A DNA stretch of 43,993 bases from a virus: UHGV virus genome UHGV-0375795. One strand, given 5' to 3'. The notes beneath the pieces are model-generated. The model had not been told where the DNA came from. It made no database searches and worked only from the letters and a program-made list of their open reading frames with translations. Position numbers and translations under genes: made by a program. Below, piece by piece: positions 36,890-43,993 of the stretch (position 1 is its first letter; every line of letters starts with the position of its first letter).

Positions 36890-37133
36890 CATGCATATAG
36901 CAAATATCTACGGTGAGTCTATCGTGGGTGAAGAAATCGAATATCTAGATCAACCCTACAAAAACATAATTATCGTGGAGGATTCTAACGGTGACAAACA
37001 CGTGGTTCACAAAGACACGATCGATAGGAATCGTAAGCGAAAACCAAGCCGTGCAGGAGTGAGGTTTGACCTTCTAGGTTGTCAGGCGCATGGAAGAAAA
37101 GGGACGTTGAGAAAGTGGCGGAGGATTGGTTAG
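36882..37133 (+). CDS. hypothetical protein (83 aa)
   Basis: Track ORF. Basic C-terminus. Confidence 0.4.
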   Translation: MISMHIANIYGESIVGEEIEYLDQPYKNIIIVEDSNGDKHVVHKDTIDRNRKRKPSRAGVRFDLLGCQAHGRKGTLRKWRRIG

Positions 37134-37188
37134 GACATAAGAAAAAGCTCCGCAAACTGGAGCTATCACAGAGGAAAGGAGTGATCAT

Positions 37189-37650
37189 TTGGCAAAGGTA
37201 TTAGATGCCTGTTGTGGGAGTCGAATGTTCTGGTTTGATAAGAACAATCCAATCACAACATTCATGGACAAAAGGAAATATTACGAGGAATTAGATACAG
37301 GACACATAATCAATGTTGATCCAGACGTTTTGGCCGATTTTACAGAAATGCCTTTTTCTGATAATGAGTTTGATTTAGTCGTATTTGATCCGCCTCATAT
37401 GGTCAATGCTGGTGAGAATTCATGGTTAGCAAAAAAGTACGGCAAGCTTGACGGCAACTGGCCAAAAATGATTCACGATGGATTCAATGAGTGTATGAGA
37501 GTTTTAAAACCTAATGGAACGCTAGTTTTCAAATGGAATACTGATCAAATTAGTTTCAGAGAAGTATTATCCTATATCGATTACAAGCCTTTATTTGGTG
37601 ATAAACGAAGTAAAACACGTTGGACAGTTTTCTTAAAAGAAGTTAGCTAA
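37189..37650 (+). CDS. small putative DNA methyltransferase (N6-adenine type, DPPH motif), 153 aa
   Basis: LDACCGS (motif I-like) and VVFDPPH (motif IV-like). AAAGGAGTG RBS before a TTG start. Confidence 0.5.
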   Translation: MAKVLDACCGSRMFWFDKNNPITTFMDKRKYYEELDTGHIINVDPDVLADFTEMPFSDNEFDLVVFDPPHMVNAGENSWLAKKYGKLDGNWPKMIHDGFNECMRVLKPNGTLVFKWNTDQISFREVLSYIDYKPLFGDKRSKTRWTVFLKEVS

Positions 37651-37674
37651 TGGAGGAAACAACGGAGGTGCGTT

Positions 37675-37851
37675 TTGAAAATTGTAAAGGATTTAGAGAC
37701 GGGTAAAGAGTTTGAATTCATCAAGCACGTTCAGTACGGGGTTAGAAACTGCTCGTTTATCAGTAATTCGCCTCATGTGAAGGTTAGGAATTTAGAAAAT
37801 GGAACAGTTAAATATTTACCAATAAATCAAATCGAAATAGTCGACAAGTGA
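37675..37851 (+). CDS. hypothetical small protein (58 aa, TTG start)
   Basis: GGAGGTG RBS. Below the track threshold. Confidence 0.3.
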   Translation: MKIVKDLETGKEFEFIKHVQYGVRNCSFISNSPHVKVRNLENGTVKYLPINQIEIVDK

Positions 37852-37873
37852 AGTAAACAAAGGAGGAAAAGTA

Positions 37874-38326
37874 ATGAAGATTGTATTAAATAAATGTTTT
37901 GGTGGCTTTGGGTTGAGCCATGAAGCAAAAATGGAAATTTTTAAAAGAAAAAATATTGAAGTATTCCCATACATCAATAACTTTAGCTATGATTCAGATG
38001 ATGAATACACGAGACACACAGGCCAAAAGCTAGGTTCGATGGATTTTATCTACTATTTCAAAAAAGACCCGAAAATCGACAAAGTTACAGGAATTTATAG
38101 CGAAATTGACCGACTGTACGGAATTGCTGATGATTCCAGTTTTTCAAGTGATTCAAACAGAGGTGATAAGGACCTCGTTGCTGTTGTCGAAAAACTAGGA
38201 AGTGAGGCCAGTGGACCACATGCAAGTCTTAAAGTCGTTGATATACCCGATGGGGCTGAGTGGGAAATAAGTGATTATGACGGCATTGAAACTGCACATT
38301 ATGGTTTTCAAATAGGTAGTATTTAG
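37874..38326 (+). CDS. hypothetical phage protein (150 aa)
   Basis: AAGGAGGAAAAG RBS. Confidence 0.55.
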   Translation: MKIVLNKCFGGFGLSHEAKMEIFKRKNIEVFPYINNFSYDSDDEYTRHTGQKLGSMDFIYYFKKDPKIDKVTGIYSEIDRLYGIADDSSFSSDSNRGDKDLVAVVEKLGSEASGPHASLKVVDIPDGAEWEISDYDGIETAHYGFQIGSI

Positions 38327-38360
38327 TCCACTAACGACCACTATCAGGGAGGTTTTAAAA

Positions 38361-38630
38361 ATGAGCAGAGAAACACTAGAAGCATGGACGGCCGGTTTTA
38401 AAGAAAAATATCCGCTGGGATACTCTCAGTATCAGTTGAATTATATCACTGGTCATGCTAGTGAAATTCAAAAGCAAGCTATCCAGCTTGAGATGATCTG
38501 GGCAAACAGAGAAGCGTTTAAAAGTGGCATTGATGTGCAGGAAGCCGTTACTATCAAAGTTGAAGAGATCAAAAAGTTGATAGAACATTTTGAAGGGTAT
38601 TTGGAACCTACGAAGGAGGACGGCGAATGA
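38361..38630 (+). CDS. hypothetical protein (89 aa)
   Basis: GGGAGG RBS. Confidence 0.5.
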   Translation: MSRETLEAWTAGFKEKYPLGYSQYQLNYITGHASEIQKQAIQLEMIWANREAFKSGIDVQEAVTIKVEEIKKLIEHFEGYLEPTKEDGE

Positions 38631-38893
38631 AAATAGATGTTCAACTAATGCCTTGTGAAATCGAGGTTGTTACAAAAAGAGAGAAAGGTTTCGTTGTTGA
38701 GACTGAGTGGGTCAAGGCTGGGCTATATGACTTTTTCCAATACAGCGAGCCGATAGCACCATCAGTAATGATTGGCGGGCATCCCGGAGGCGTGGTGGCT
38801 TATCCAATGGCCTTAGTCAGACTTGAAAACGGAGAGTTTAAGACTGTCAATGCTAATAAAGTGAGAATGAAGCTGCAGGAGGACTACGAATGA
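38627..38893 (+). CDS. hypothetical protein (88 aa)
   Basis: ATGA coupling to its neighbours. Confidence 0.5.
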   Translation: MKIDVQLMPCEIEVVTKREKGFVVETEWVKAGLYDFFQYSEPIAPSVMIGGHPGGVVAYPMALVRLENGEFKTVNANKVRMKLQEDYE

Positions 38894-39087
38894 ATAATCG
38901 TCATAGATTAATTACAAAACTAAAAAAAGAGCAAGCAAGCAGTGAAAAACTAAAAAATGACGTAGTTGATTTAGTAGTAGCTGAATTTGGATTGACGATT
39001 GAAGAAGCAAAAAAACAGGTTGATGAAATGATTATCGGCAATTTTATTAGTGTGGAGTATTTAGTAGAAAGAAATGCAAAAGCATAG
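38890..39087 (+). CDS. hypothetical protein (65 aa)
   Basis: ATGA coupling. Confidence 0.45.
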   Translation: MNNRHRLITKLKKEQASSEKLKNDVVDLVVAEFGLTIEEAKKQVDEMIIGNFISVEYLVERNAKA

Positions 39088-39133
39088 TTCCAGTAACTCA
39101 GCCAATAATGCAGAAAAAAGAAGTTCAGAATAA

Positions 39134-39835
39134 TTAATTTTTACGTTTTCTATTTTTGGAGGTGATTTTGTTTGACTTTAGAGTATGTGGCCCTGATTGC
39201 CTCAATTGTTTCATTACTGCTCTGTTTGATCGCGTTATCATTTCGTAATCGTTGAGATAAACGGTATGTTCAAAAGTTTGATAGTGATTACGTTTTCCGA
39301 TGTAAGGAAATTTTCTAATAGCAAATCTTATAGAGAATGTTACCTTTTCCGGAACTGGAATAGCTTCAAGCGGCAAAAAAGCATAAATAGGAGTAAGAGA
39401 GTTTGCTGGGAACACACCTTGAGGATCTTTAGGAAACTGAATGATATATGATTTTAGTAAATCAAAAAATAGAAATGATGGTTTTTTAGCCTGAGTTATG
39501 ACAGATCTTTCTGTAAAAGCCTCGGTAATATTCCCATTAACAATAAAATTTAAATGAAAGAATGCAATGTCCTTAGGTGAAGGATTCAAAAACTGATAAT
39601 GAACCATTATGCCTGAAGGAAGATAGTATTTTTTCCCATCATCCCCTATGTATGAAATCTGCCCTTCAGTCGCAGAGACATAAGAATCATTATTCGTTTC
39701 CATAAACTGAATTAGTTCAGGCTTGTTACCCCAATAACCTAATATCGCAAAAATAGCTGCTATGCCAGAAAACGCAGAGATAATGAGTGAAATGATCGCT
39801 AACATGTAAACCTCCATTAGATAGTCTTTAAGCAT
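39134..39835 (-). CDS. membrane-anchored protein of unknown function (233 aa), reverse-oriented moron in the late-early block
   Basis: N-terminal TM (MLAIISLIISAFSGIAAIFAILGYW), GGAGG RBS on the - strand, basic C-terminal tail. Transcribed divergently from the gene at 39960. Confidence 0.6.
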   Translation of the reverse strand: MLKDYLMEVYMLAIISLIISAFSGIAAIFAILGYWGNKPELIQFMETNNDSYVSATEGQISYIGDDGKKYYLPSGIMVHYQFLNPSPKDIAFFHLNFIVNGNITEAFTERSVITQAKKPSFLFFDLLKSYIIQFPKDPQGVFPANSLTPIYAFLPLEAIPVPEKVTFSIRFAIRKFPYIGKRNHYQTFEHTVYLNDYEMITRSNRAVMKQLRQSGPHTLKSNKITSKNRKRKN

Positions 39836-39907
39836 ATTAATTATATCAAAAACGTTTATAAAAAGCAGAATAGTTTACTAAGGTAACTCAGCCTATCAAG
39901 TAGAAAA

Positions 39908-39942
39908 CTATGTGATCATTAATCAACTTTTTGATCACATAG
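39908..39942. promoter_or_regulatory. 11-bp perfect inverted repeat CTATGTGATCA-N13-TGATCACATAG in the divergent promoter region
   Basis: Read directly in the 125-bp gap between the - strand gene start (39835) and the + gene start (39960). Confidence 0.4.
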
Positions 39943-39959
39943 AAATTTAGGAGGTATTT

Positions 39960-40487
39960 ATGAATAAACAAGATAAGAAAAAATTGACGAAACATATAGA
40001 ACTCAATCAACACATGACAGAAATTAGTATGTTTGGCAGAACAGCAGTAGTAGACGTTGTTCCATCAGATCGACTTATAGACTTAATTGATGAATTAGTG
40101 ATTCCAGTCAAAGTGCCGAAATTCGTTGGAGAATTACTTGACTATTATCGTAATTCTACTGACGTCGACTTATTGGCGCTGCTCATCTGCTTCAAAGATT
40201 GGTACTTTAGGAAAGACAAACTCAACGAGAATGAAGAGGCGATTGATTGGCTCGTCAAACATCCTGAAAAATTTATGAAGGCATGGCTAGACGGCTACGA
40301 GGTCGAGGAAGAACCGAAGTGGGTGGTTAAAGTTGGTAATTTATATTTTTGTGGTTGGGAAGATACCACTGCTCAATTTGTGATGAACACGGTGCTTGGT
40401 GAAGATGAGTCGATTATCAAATATAAAAATGAGGGAACAGCTTCTTCGGTGGCTAAAAATCTCGGCGGCACAGCAGAGAAAGCGTAG
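39960..40487 (+). CDS. hypothetical phage protein (175 aa)
   Basis: AGGAGG RBS. Confidence 0.55.
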   Translation: MNKQDKKKLTKHIELNQHMTEISMFGRTAVVDVVPSDRLIDLIDELVIPVKVPKFVGELLDYYRNSTDVDLLALLICFKDWYFRKDKLNENEEAIDWLVKHPEKFMKAWLDGYEVEEEPKWVVKVGNLYFCGWEDTTAQFVMNTVLGEDESIIKYKNEGTASSVAKNLGGTAEKA

Positions 40488-40495
40488 GTGGCAGA

Positions 40496-40699
40496 ATGTT
40501 AAACAAGAAAAACATCATGGGGATCATACAAGACCATCAAGATGAAATTGATCAATTGGAGTATGAACTAGAACAAGCAAGACAGTGGTGCATGTTGGAG
40601 AGTGTGAAGTCACTAAGTAACAGATTATCTTATCTGAGAGACAACCAGTACAGGTATAAGCTTCAGGCGAAAGCTTGGGGCTTGATCGAGAAAGTGTAG
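40496..40699 (+). CDS. hypothetical protein (67 aa)
   Basis: GTAGGTGG RBS. Confidence 0.45.
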   Translation: MLNKKNIMGIIQDHQDEIDQLEYELEQARQWCMLESVKSLSNRLSYLRDNQYRYKLQAKAWGLIEKV

Positions 40700-40707
40700 G
40701 TGTGAGA

Positions 40708-41049
40708 ATGAGTTTAGTCTATAACAATGATAAGCCGATAGGAAAATGTGAATCGTATTCGATTGATAAAGTACCTGGCACAACTCCTTTCGTAATGTTA
40801 ACCAATTATGAACCTTTGAGATCGGAGCTCAACGAAAACCAGCAGGTTGTGTTGGAGTGGCTCCAAATATATGCCGATAAGGATAGTGGAGATAAACCGT
40901 TTCAGACGATTTTCTTTTTGTGGGATTGCATTAAATCCAATAATTTAGGAAATGATGAGTTAACAGCGTTAAGAAAACTGACTAGAGCAGAACAGTTACA
41001 AGTCCTAGCAGCCTTCGCGGAATGGGGAATGAAAGAGGTGGCGGAATGA
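40708..41049 (+). CDS. hypothetical protein (113 aa from ATG 40708)
   Basis: GTAGGTG RBS before ATG 40708. The track ORF starts upstream at 40675. Confidence 0.5.
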   Translation: MSLVYNNDKPIGKCESYSIDKVPGTTPFVMLTNYEPLRSELNENQQVVLEWLQIYADKDSGDKPFQTIFFLWDCIKSNNLGNDELTALRKLTRAEQLQVLAAFAEWGMKEVAE

Positions 41050-41309
41050 ACATTAGAGTAGAACTGTTAGCTAGGATTGAAAAAAGCGTCAAGGATGAGT
41101 TTGCTTTTGGGAATGAGAGCATACCGCAAAGTCACTGGTATAACATCGAAAAAAGATATGAGCCTACAGGGGAATTCGGAACATTAATCCAAATAACTCA
41201 ATTTACCGATAATAGACGCGCGCAAGCGGTTGTTCTAATGGACTCAGGCGAGTTTGTTGAGGTGGACGGCCTAGATACTATTAAAGCGCTTGAAGAGGTG
41301 GCGGAATGA
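41046..41309 (+). CDS. hypothetical protein (87 aa from ATG 41046)
   Basis: AAGAGGTGG RBS before ATG 41046. Confidence 0.5.
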   Translation: MNIRVELLARIEKSVKDEFAFGNESIPQSHWYNIEKRYEPTGEFGTLIQITQFTDNRRAQAVVLMDSGEFVEVDGLDTIKALEEVAE

Positions 41310-41491
41310 ATGTAGACTGCTACGGAATCATGACATGCGCAGGAGTAGGCAAGCCATGGAAACTATTTCCTGAAACTTTTACTACGAGAAAAGAAGCAAG
41401 TGCGTTTTACGTAGATCATTTATCTAGTGAAGGAAACTTGTTCAGGATAATTGAAATTAACATAGTCAGCCAAAATATGCTGTATTACTAA
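41306..41491 (+). CDS. hypothetical protein (61 aa)
   Basis: Identical AAGAGGTGGCGGAATGAA junction sequence as the previous gene. Confidence 0.4.
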   Translation: MNVDCYGIMTCAGVGKPWKLFPETFTTRKEASAFYVDHLSSEGNLFRIIEINIVSQNMLYY

Positions 41492-41531
41492 AGATCCGGT
41501 AACCGAAGCAATTGCATAGAAACGAGGTGCT

Positions 41532-41981
41532 ATGTTGCAAGCAATCTTTACATTGCGTAGAAAAGGCTTTAACAAAAAAATCAAAGTTGGAGAAATTTTT
41601 AACTATAAAGATGAAAAATATGTTTTGACACACATTGTTGAAATTAAACATTTTTATAGTAGTTCCGCTCGGATGGAAGTGGAAGGCGTAGCCCAGCTAG
41701 TTGGTGGTAAATCCGATTTTAGCCAATATGAAAGAACAAGTGAATTTGTAAGAAAATACCCCAAAGGTGAGTTCACAGAAGAAAATCCACTCTACAGGGT
41801 TGGAGACATTTTTGTATTTGATGGAATTTGCGGTGAAATAACGAATCTTGAATCAATTGAGTTTGAGTTCGTTGACTTAGTAGTTACCTATCATTCAAGA
41901 TTGTTCCGGCCGTGGAGTGATGAGGAAATGAGTCAAGCGGTCAAAGAGGATCGGCTATCAAAATTTAAAGTAGTCGGTTAA
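41532..41981 (+). CDS. hypothetical protein (149 aa)
   Basis: GAGGTG RBS. Confidence 0.55.
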   Translation: MLQAIFTLRRKGFNKKIKVGEIFNYKDEKYVLTHIVEIKHFYSSSARMEVEGVAQLVGGKSDFSQYERTSEFVRKYPKGEFTEENPLYRVGDIFVFDGICGEITNLESIEFEFVDLVVTYHSRLFRPWSDEEMSQAVKEDRLSKFKVVG

Positions 41982-42006
41982 CGAGGCCATAGAGGAGGTT
42001 TTATGA

Positions 42007-42363
42007 ATGAAAGTAACCAAGTATGGCGTAGCAACAATATTTGATGACAGAGAAGTAGGTAAACAGTGGTATCCAACTAAAGAAAAAGCCTATAAACGAT
42101 TGGAGTATGGCTCTTCGCGTAAGTATATAGGCACTAGAGAAGTGGATTTATATTGCGAAGCTTGTGATAAAGATTTAGAACCAGGAGACGTCTATATTAA
42201 ACGTGACGAAGATACGCGATACTGTAAAGATTGCTACGAAGAGAACTCGATTACGTATTATACAGTCAGCGGAGAGCCTGTTGGTGATGAAAATGATATT
42301 GAGGCCTATGACGATTTTGATTTAGAAGTTGAACAGGAGGGAGACAATGATACCGAAGTTTAG
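42007..42363 (+). CDS. zinc-ribbon hypothetical protein with acidic C-terminus (118 aa)
   Basis: CEAC...CKDC. GGAGG RBS. Confidence 0.5.
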   Translation: MKVTKYGVATIFDDREVGKQWYPTKEKAYKRLEYGSSRKYIGTREVDLYCEACDKDLEPGDVYIKRDEDTRYCKDCYEENSITYYTVSGEPVGDENDIEAYDDFDLEVEQEGDNDTEV

Positions 42364-42748
42364 AGCTTGGTGGATACAAGATGAAGTGATGACACACATT
42401 GACACATTGGAGTTCTTGCAAGGTGGCATCAGGGTATCTGACGGATGTTGGCATGAGAAATTTTTAGGTGATGAAGTCATTCTCATGCAATCAACAGGCC
42501 TGAAAGACAAGAACGGCGTTGAGATTTTTGAGGGGGATATAGTGAAAGTCAGTGTTCATAATGGATTTGATTATTATGATAATGAAGTTTGCGTTGTAAG
42601 AAAGTCAAGATTTCATTCTGGTTTGGTTTGTATTAATCCAAATAATGATATGGAATGCCGCATATTCAATCAAGATGTTTTAGAAGATTATCAATACGAA
42701 GTAATCGGTAACATCTACGAGAATCCAGAGTTGTTGGAGGTGGAATAG
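42347..42748 (+). CDS. YopX-family protein
   Basis: GGAGGGAG RBS before ATG 42347. MIPKFRAWW...KFLGDEVILMQSTGLKDKNGVEIFEGDIV is YopX-like. Confidence 0.65.
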   Translation: MIPKFRAWWIQDEVMTHIDTLEFLQGGIRVSDGCWHEKFLGDEVILMQSTGLKDKNGVEIFEGDIVKVSVHNGFDYYDNEVCVVRKSRFHSGLVCINPNNDMECRIFNQDVLEDYQYEVIGNIYENPELLEVE

Positions 42749-42751
42749 CTG

Positions 42752-42988
42752 ATGGGAGCACTAACGATTTATGAAATAAAGAACAAAATCGAGGATACAT
42801 TTCCTGAACTAGTTTTAGGTTGGAATATAGAAACAGGGAAGCCTCAAATAATTAGCAAGAATCATTGGTGTGTCATTGCTTATACTTACCATCAAAAATG
42901 GATTTTGAAAGCAGGTATAAGCGACTACTCTATTCATATTGCTGCGATCATAAGCTTATTAGAACAATGGGACGGAAGGATAGAATAG
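42752..42988 (+). CDS. hypothetical protein (78 aa)
   Basis: GGAGGTGG RBS. Confidence 0.45.
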   Translation: MGALTIYEIKNKIEDTFPELVLGWNIETGKPQIISKNHWCVIAYTYHQKWILKAGISDYSIHIAAIISLLEQWDGRIE

Positions 42989-43018
42989 ATCCGGCAACGT
43001 CGCCTATCATGGAGGAAA

Positions 43019-43064
43019 GCACAATATATTGTGGGCGAAAATGAGTTCCCACGATATATTGTGG
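43019..43064. promoter_or_regulatory. two 16-bp palindromic sites, GCACAATATATTGTGG (43019-43034) and CCACGATATATTGTGG (43049-43064), upstream of arpU
   Basis: Read directly. Centre-to-centre spacing is 30 bp, 60-100 bp upstream of the arpU start. Confidence 0.4.
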
Positions 43065-43121
43065 ATAAACCTGTTAATATGTGTATAAGTAAAAAATCGA
43101 AGATAGCTGGGGGAAGAATGA

Positions 43122-43535
43122 TTGAGTAGAAATGATTATCTCATAAATGAATTAGACAGGAAGTTTGCGAATTACCCGAATTATAATAAAGAAATCGCAA
43201 TTAGAAAAGAAGAACTCAAAATGAAAGAGGCTGATGAGAATATCGGCGGCGGTAAAGGGAACATTCGTAGCAATCCTGTTGAACAGCAAGTAATTAAAGA
43301 GTTATCTGATCCGTATATAGTCAATCGGCAGCTTTGGAAGAAGTGTGTCAAAGAGACGCTGTTTGAACAGGATGAAGATGTTCGTAATCTTATGGAACTG
43401 AAGTATTGGGGTGCGGATAGTTGGATGGATTGGGCATCGTTTGGTAAGAAACATGGGTATAGTAAGCCTACAATATACCGAATTAGACAAAAGGTTTTAT
43501 TCTCATTTGCACGTAAAATAGGCGAAATAAATTAA
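43122..43535 (+). CDS. arpU: ArpU-family late transcription activator
   Basis: 137 aa. ...NLMELKYWGADSWMDWASFGKKHGYSKPTIYRIRQKVLFSF is a sigma-like C-terminal HTH. Position is the last gene before the packaging module. Confidence 0.8.
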   Translation: MSRNDYLINELDRKFANYPNYNKEIAIRKEELKMKEADENIGGGKGNIRSNPVEQQVIKELSDPYIVNRQLWKKCVKETLFEQDEDVRNLMELKYWGADSWMDWASFGKKHGYSKPTIYRIRQKVLFSFARKIGEIN

Positions 43536-43786
43536 TTTGAGACAAAAACGTATAGTTGTCTCATGTCAATAGGGTCTAAAATGATAGAGTAGATAATCCA
43601 TCAAGCAGACGACTCAAACTAACTTTATTGGCATGAAGTTTCTCCTTATACCTCTTAACATATATACGTCTAGCTTGGTGGGTTATTCGCTTTTTGACTA
43701 CACTGCCACTTTGCGGAAACAGAGTAGGCAAACAATTGGCGGCATGAAATAATGATTTCTACATTGAGTGTGCCGTCTTTATGTCA

Positions 43787-43891
43787 CTGTGGCGGAAAGG
43801 GTAGACGCTATAAATGGGTAGAGGTGATAGACCTGCCCTGATGTATGGCTATCAAAACAGTGCAAGGTTCGAATCCTTGCCAGTGACTTAG
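43787..43891 (+). ncRNA. tRNA-like element. It has a consensus T-arm (CAAGG-TTCGAAT-CCTTG) and a 7-bp acceptor-like pairing (GTCACTG / CAGTGAC), but is 105 nt long with a poor D-arm, so it is not a canonical tRNA.
   Basis: GGTTCGAATCC 11-mer plus flanking complementarity. Lies in a 580-bp ORF-free region that is contiguous with window positions 1-121 if the genome is circular. Confidence 0.2.
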
Positions 43892-43993
43892 ACGTGTAGC
43901 TCAGTTGGTAACCTCGTTTCACGTCAATAGCAACCGAGGATATAAGTGGTACGTGGAGGAACAGCACGATGACGGTGCTATGTAGGTTGCTTT

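Larger units (their letters stand above)
1..43993. mobile_element. Temperate siphovirus genome in excised/circularly-permuted gene order. Modules present: packaging, HK97-like head, long non-contractile tail, lysis, integrase/CI/Cro lysogeny switch, ERF recombination, replication.
   Basis: Complete modular set of phage genes read from the six-frame translations, almost all on the + strand. Integrase, lipoprotein and repressor are on the - strand directly after the lysis cassette, which places attP inside the window. Confidence 0.85.

Noticed and set aside
39172-39255. 27-aa hydrophobic peptide with GGAGGTG RBS convergent with the 233-aa membrane protein
   Set aside because: Too short to support on its own, and it overlaps the 3' end of the - strand gene. 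It is mentioned only within the finding on that region.
43787-43891. Possible phage tRNA gene (perfect GGTTCGAATCC T-arm, 7-bp acceptor pairing)
   Set aside because: The element would be 105 nt, about 10-15 nt longer than any class II tRNA. The D-arm pairs only 3 bp with a mismatch, and no clean anticodon stem-loop can be drawn. It is kept only as a low-confidence tRNA-like ncRNA.
43779-43967. 62-aa - strand ORF over the tRNA-like region
   Set aside because: It has no RBS and lies across strongly structured RNA-like sequence.
1-43993. CRISPR array, rRNA, transposase/IS element, reverse transcriptase/DGR
   Set aside because: Scanning both strands showed no regularly spaced direct repeats, no rRNA-like tracts and no transposase or RT signatures. 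The only repeats are the TMP coding repeats, the attP arm 10-mers and the short junction repeats.

Overview
The window reads as a complete or near-complete temperate siphovirus genome of about 44 kb from a low-GC Firmicute host. Gene content looks Enterococcus/Listeria-like: an ArpU late activator, XkdW/XkdX/XhlA lysis-associated genes, a GH25 lysin and a DUF4352 lipoprotein. Gene order is circularly permuted relative to an integrated prophage. From the start of the window it runs: small late-early ORFs, an HNH endonuclease (frameshifted), TerS, TerL, portal, ClpP-like prohead protease, HK97-type major capsid, head-tail joining genes, major tail protein, a tail chaperone with a -1 frameshift (G/GT), a 2075-aa tape measure protein, Dit, Tal, baseplate and fibre proteins, then XkdW, two XkdX copies, XhlA, holin and a signal-peptide GH25 endolysin. 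After the lysin come two moron ORFs, a putative attP with arm-type repeats, and a tyrosine integrase, a lipoprotein and a CI-like repressor, all on the minus strand. The repressor faces Cro across an operator region. The early region then carries DUF3102 and ParB-like proteins, an accessory island of tiny mixed-orientation ORFs, an ERF recombinase, a truncated DnaN (beta-clamp) homolog, a DnaD-like replisome organizer, RusA, SSB, a small DPPH-motif methyltransferase, many small late-early ORFs including YopX, and ArpU. I found no rRNA, no CRISPR array and no convincing tRNA; the only tRNA-like element is a consensus T-arm in the non-coding region after arpU. Because attP lies inside the window between the lysin and int, this is the excised or circular form (or a circular contig), or alternatively the junction of two tandem prophages. 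The most interesting candidates for new biology are: (i) the accessory island at 29.9-31.9 kb, with a zinc-ribbon peptide, a secreted coiled-coil protein, two micro-membrane proteins and a convergent membrane-anchored 191-aa protein; (ii) the half-size DnaN-like clamp in the replication module; (iii) the two morons between lysin and attP; and (iv) a divergently transcribed membrane protein at 39.1-39.8 kb guarded by an 11-bp inverted repeat.
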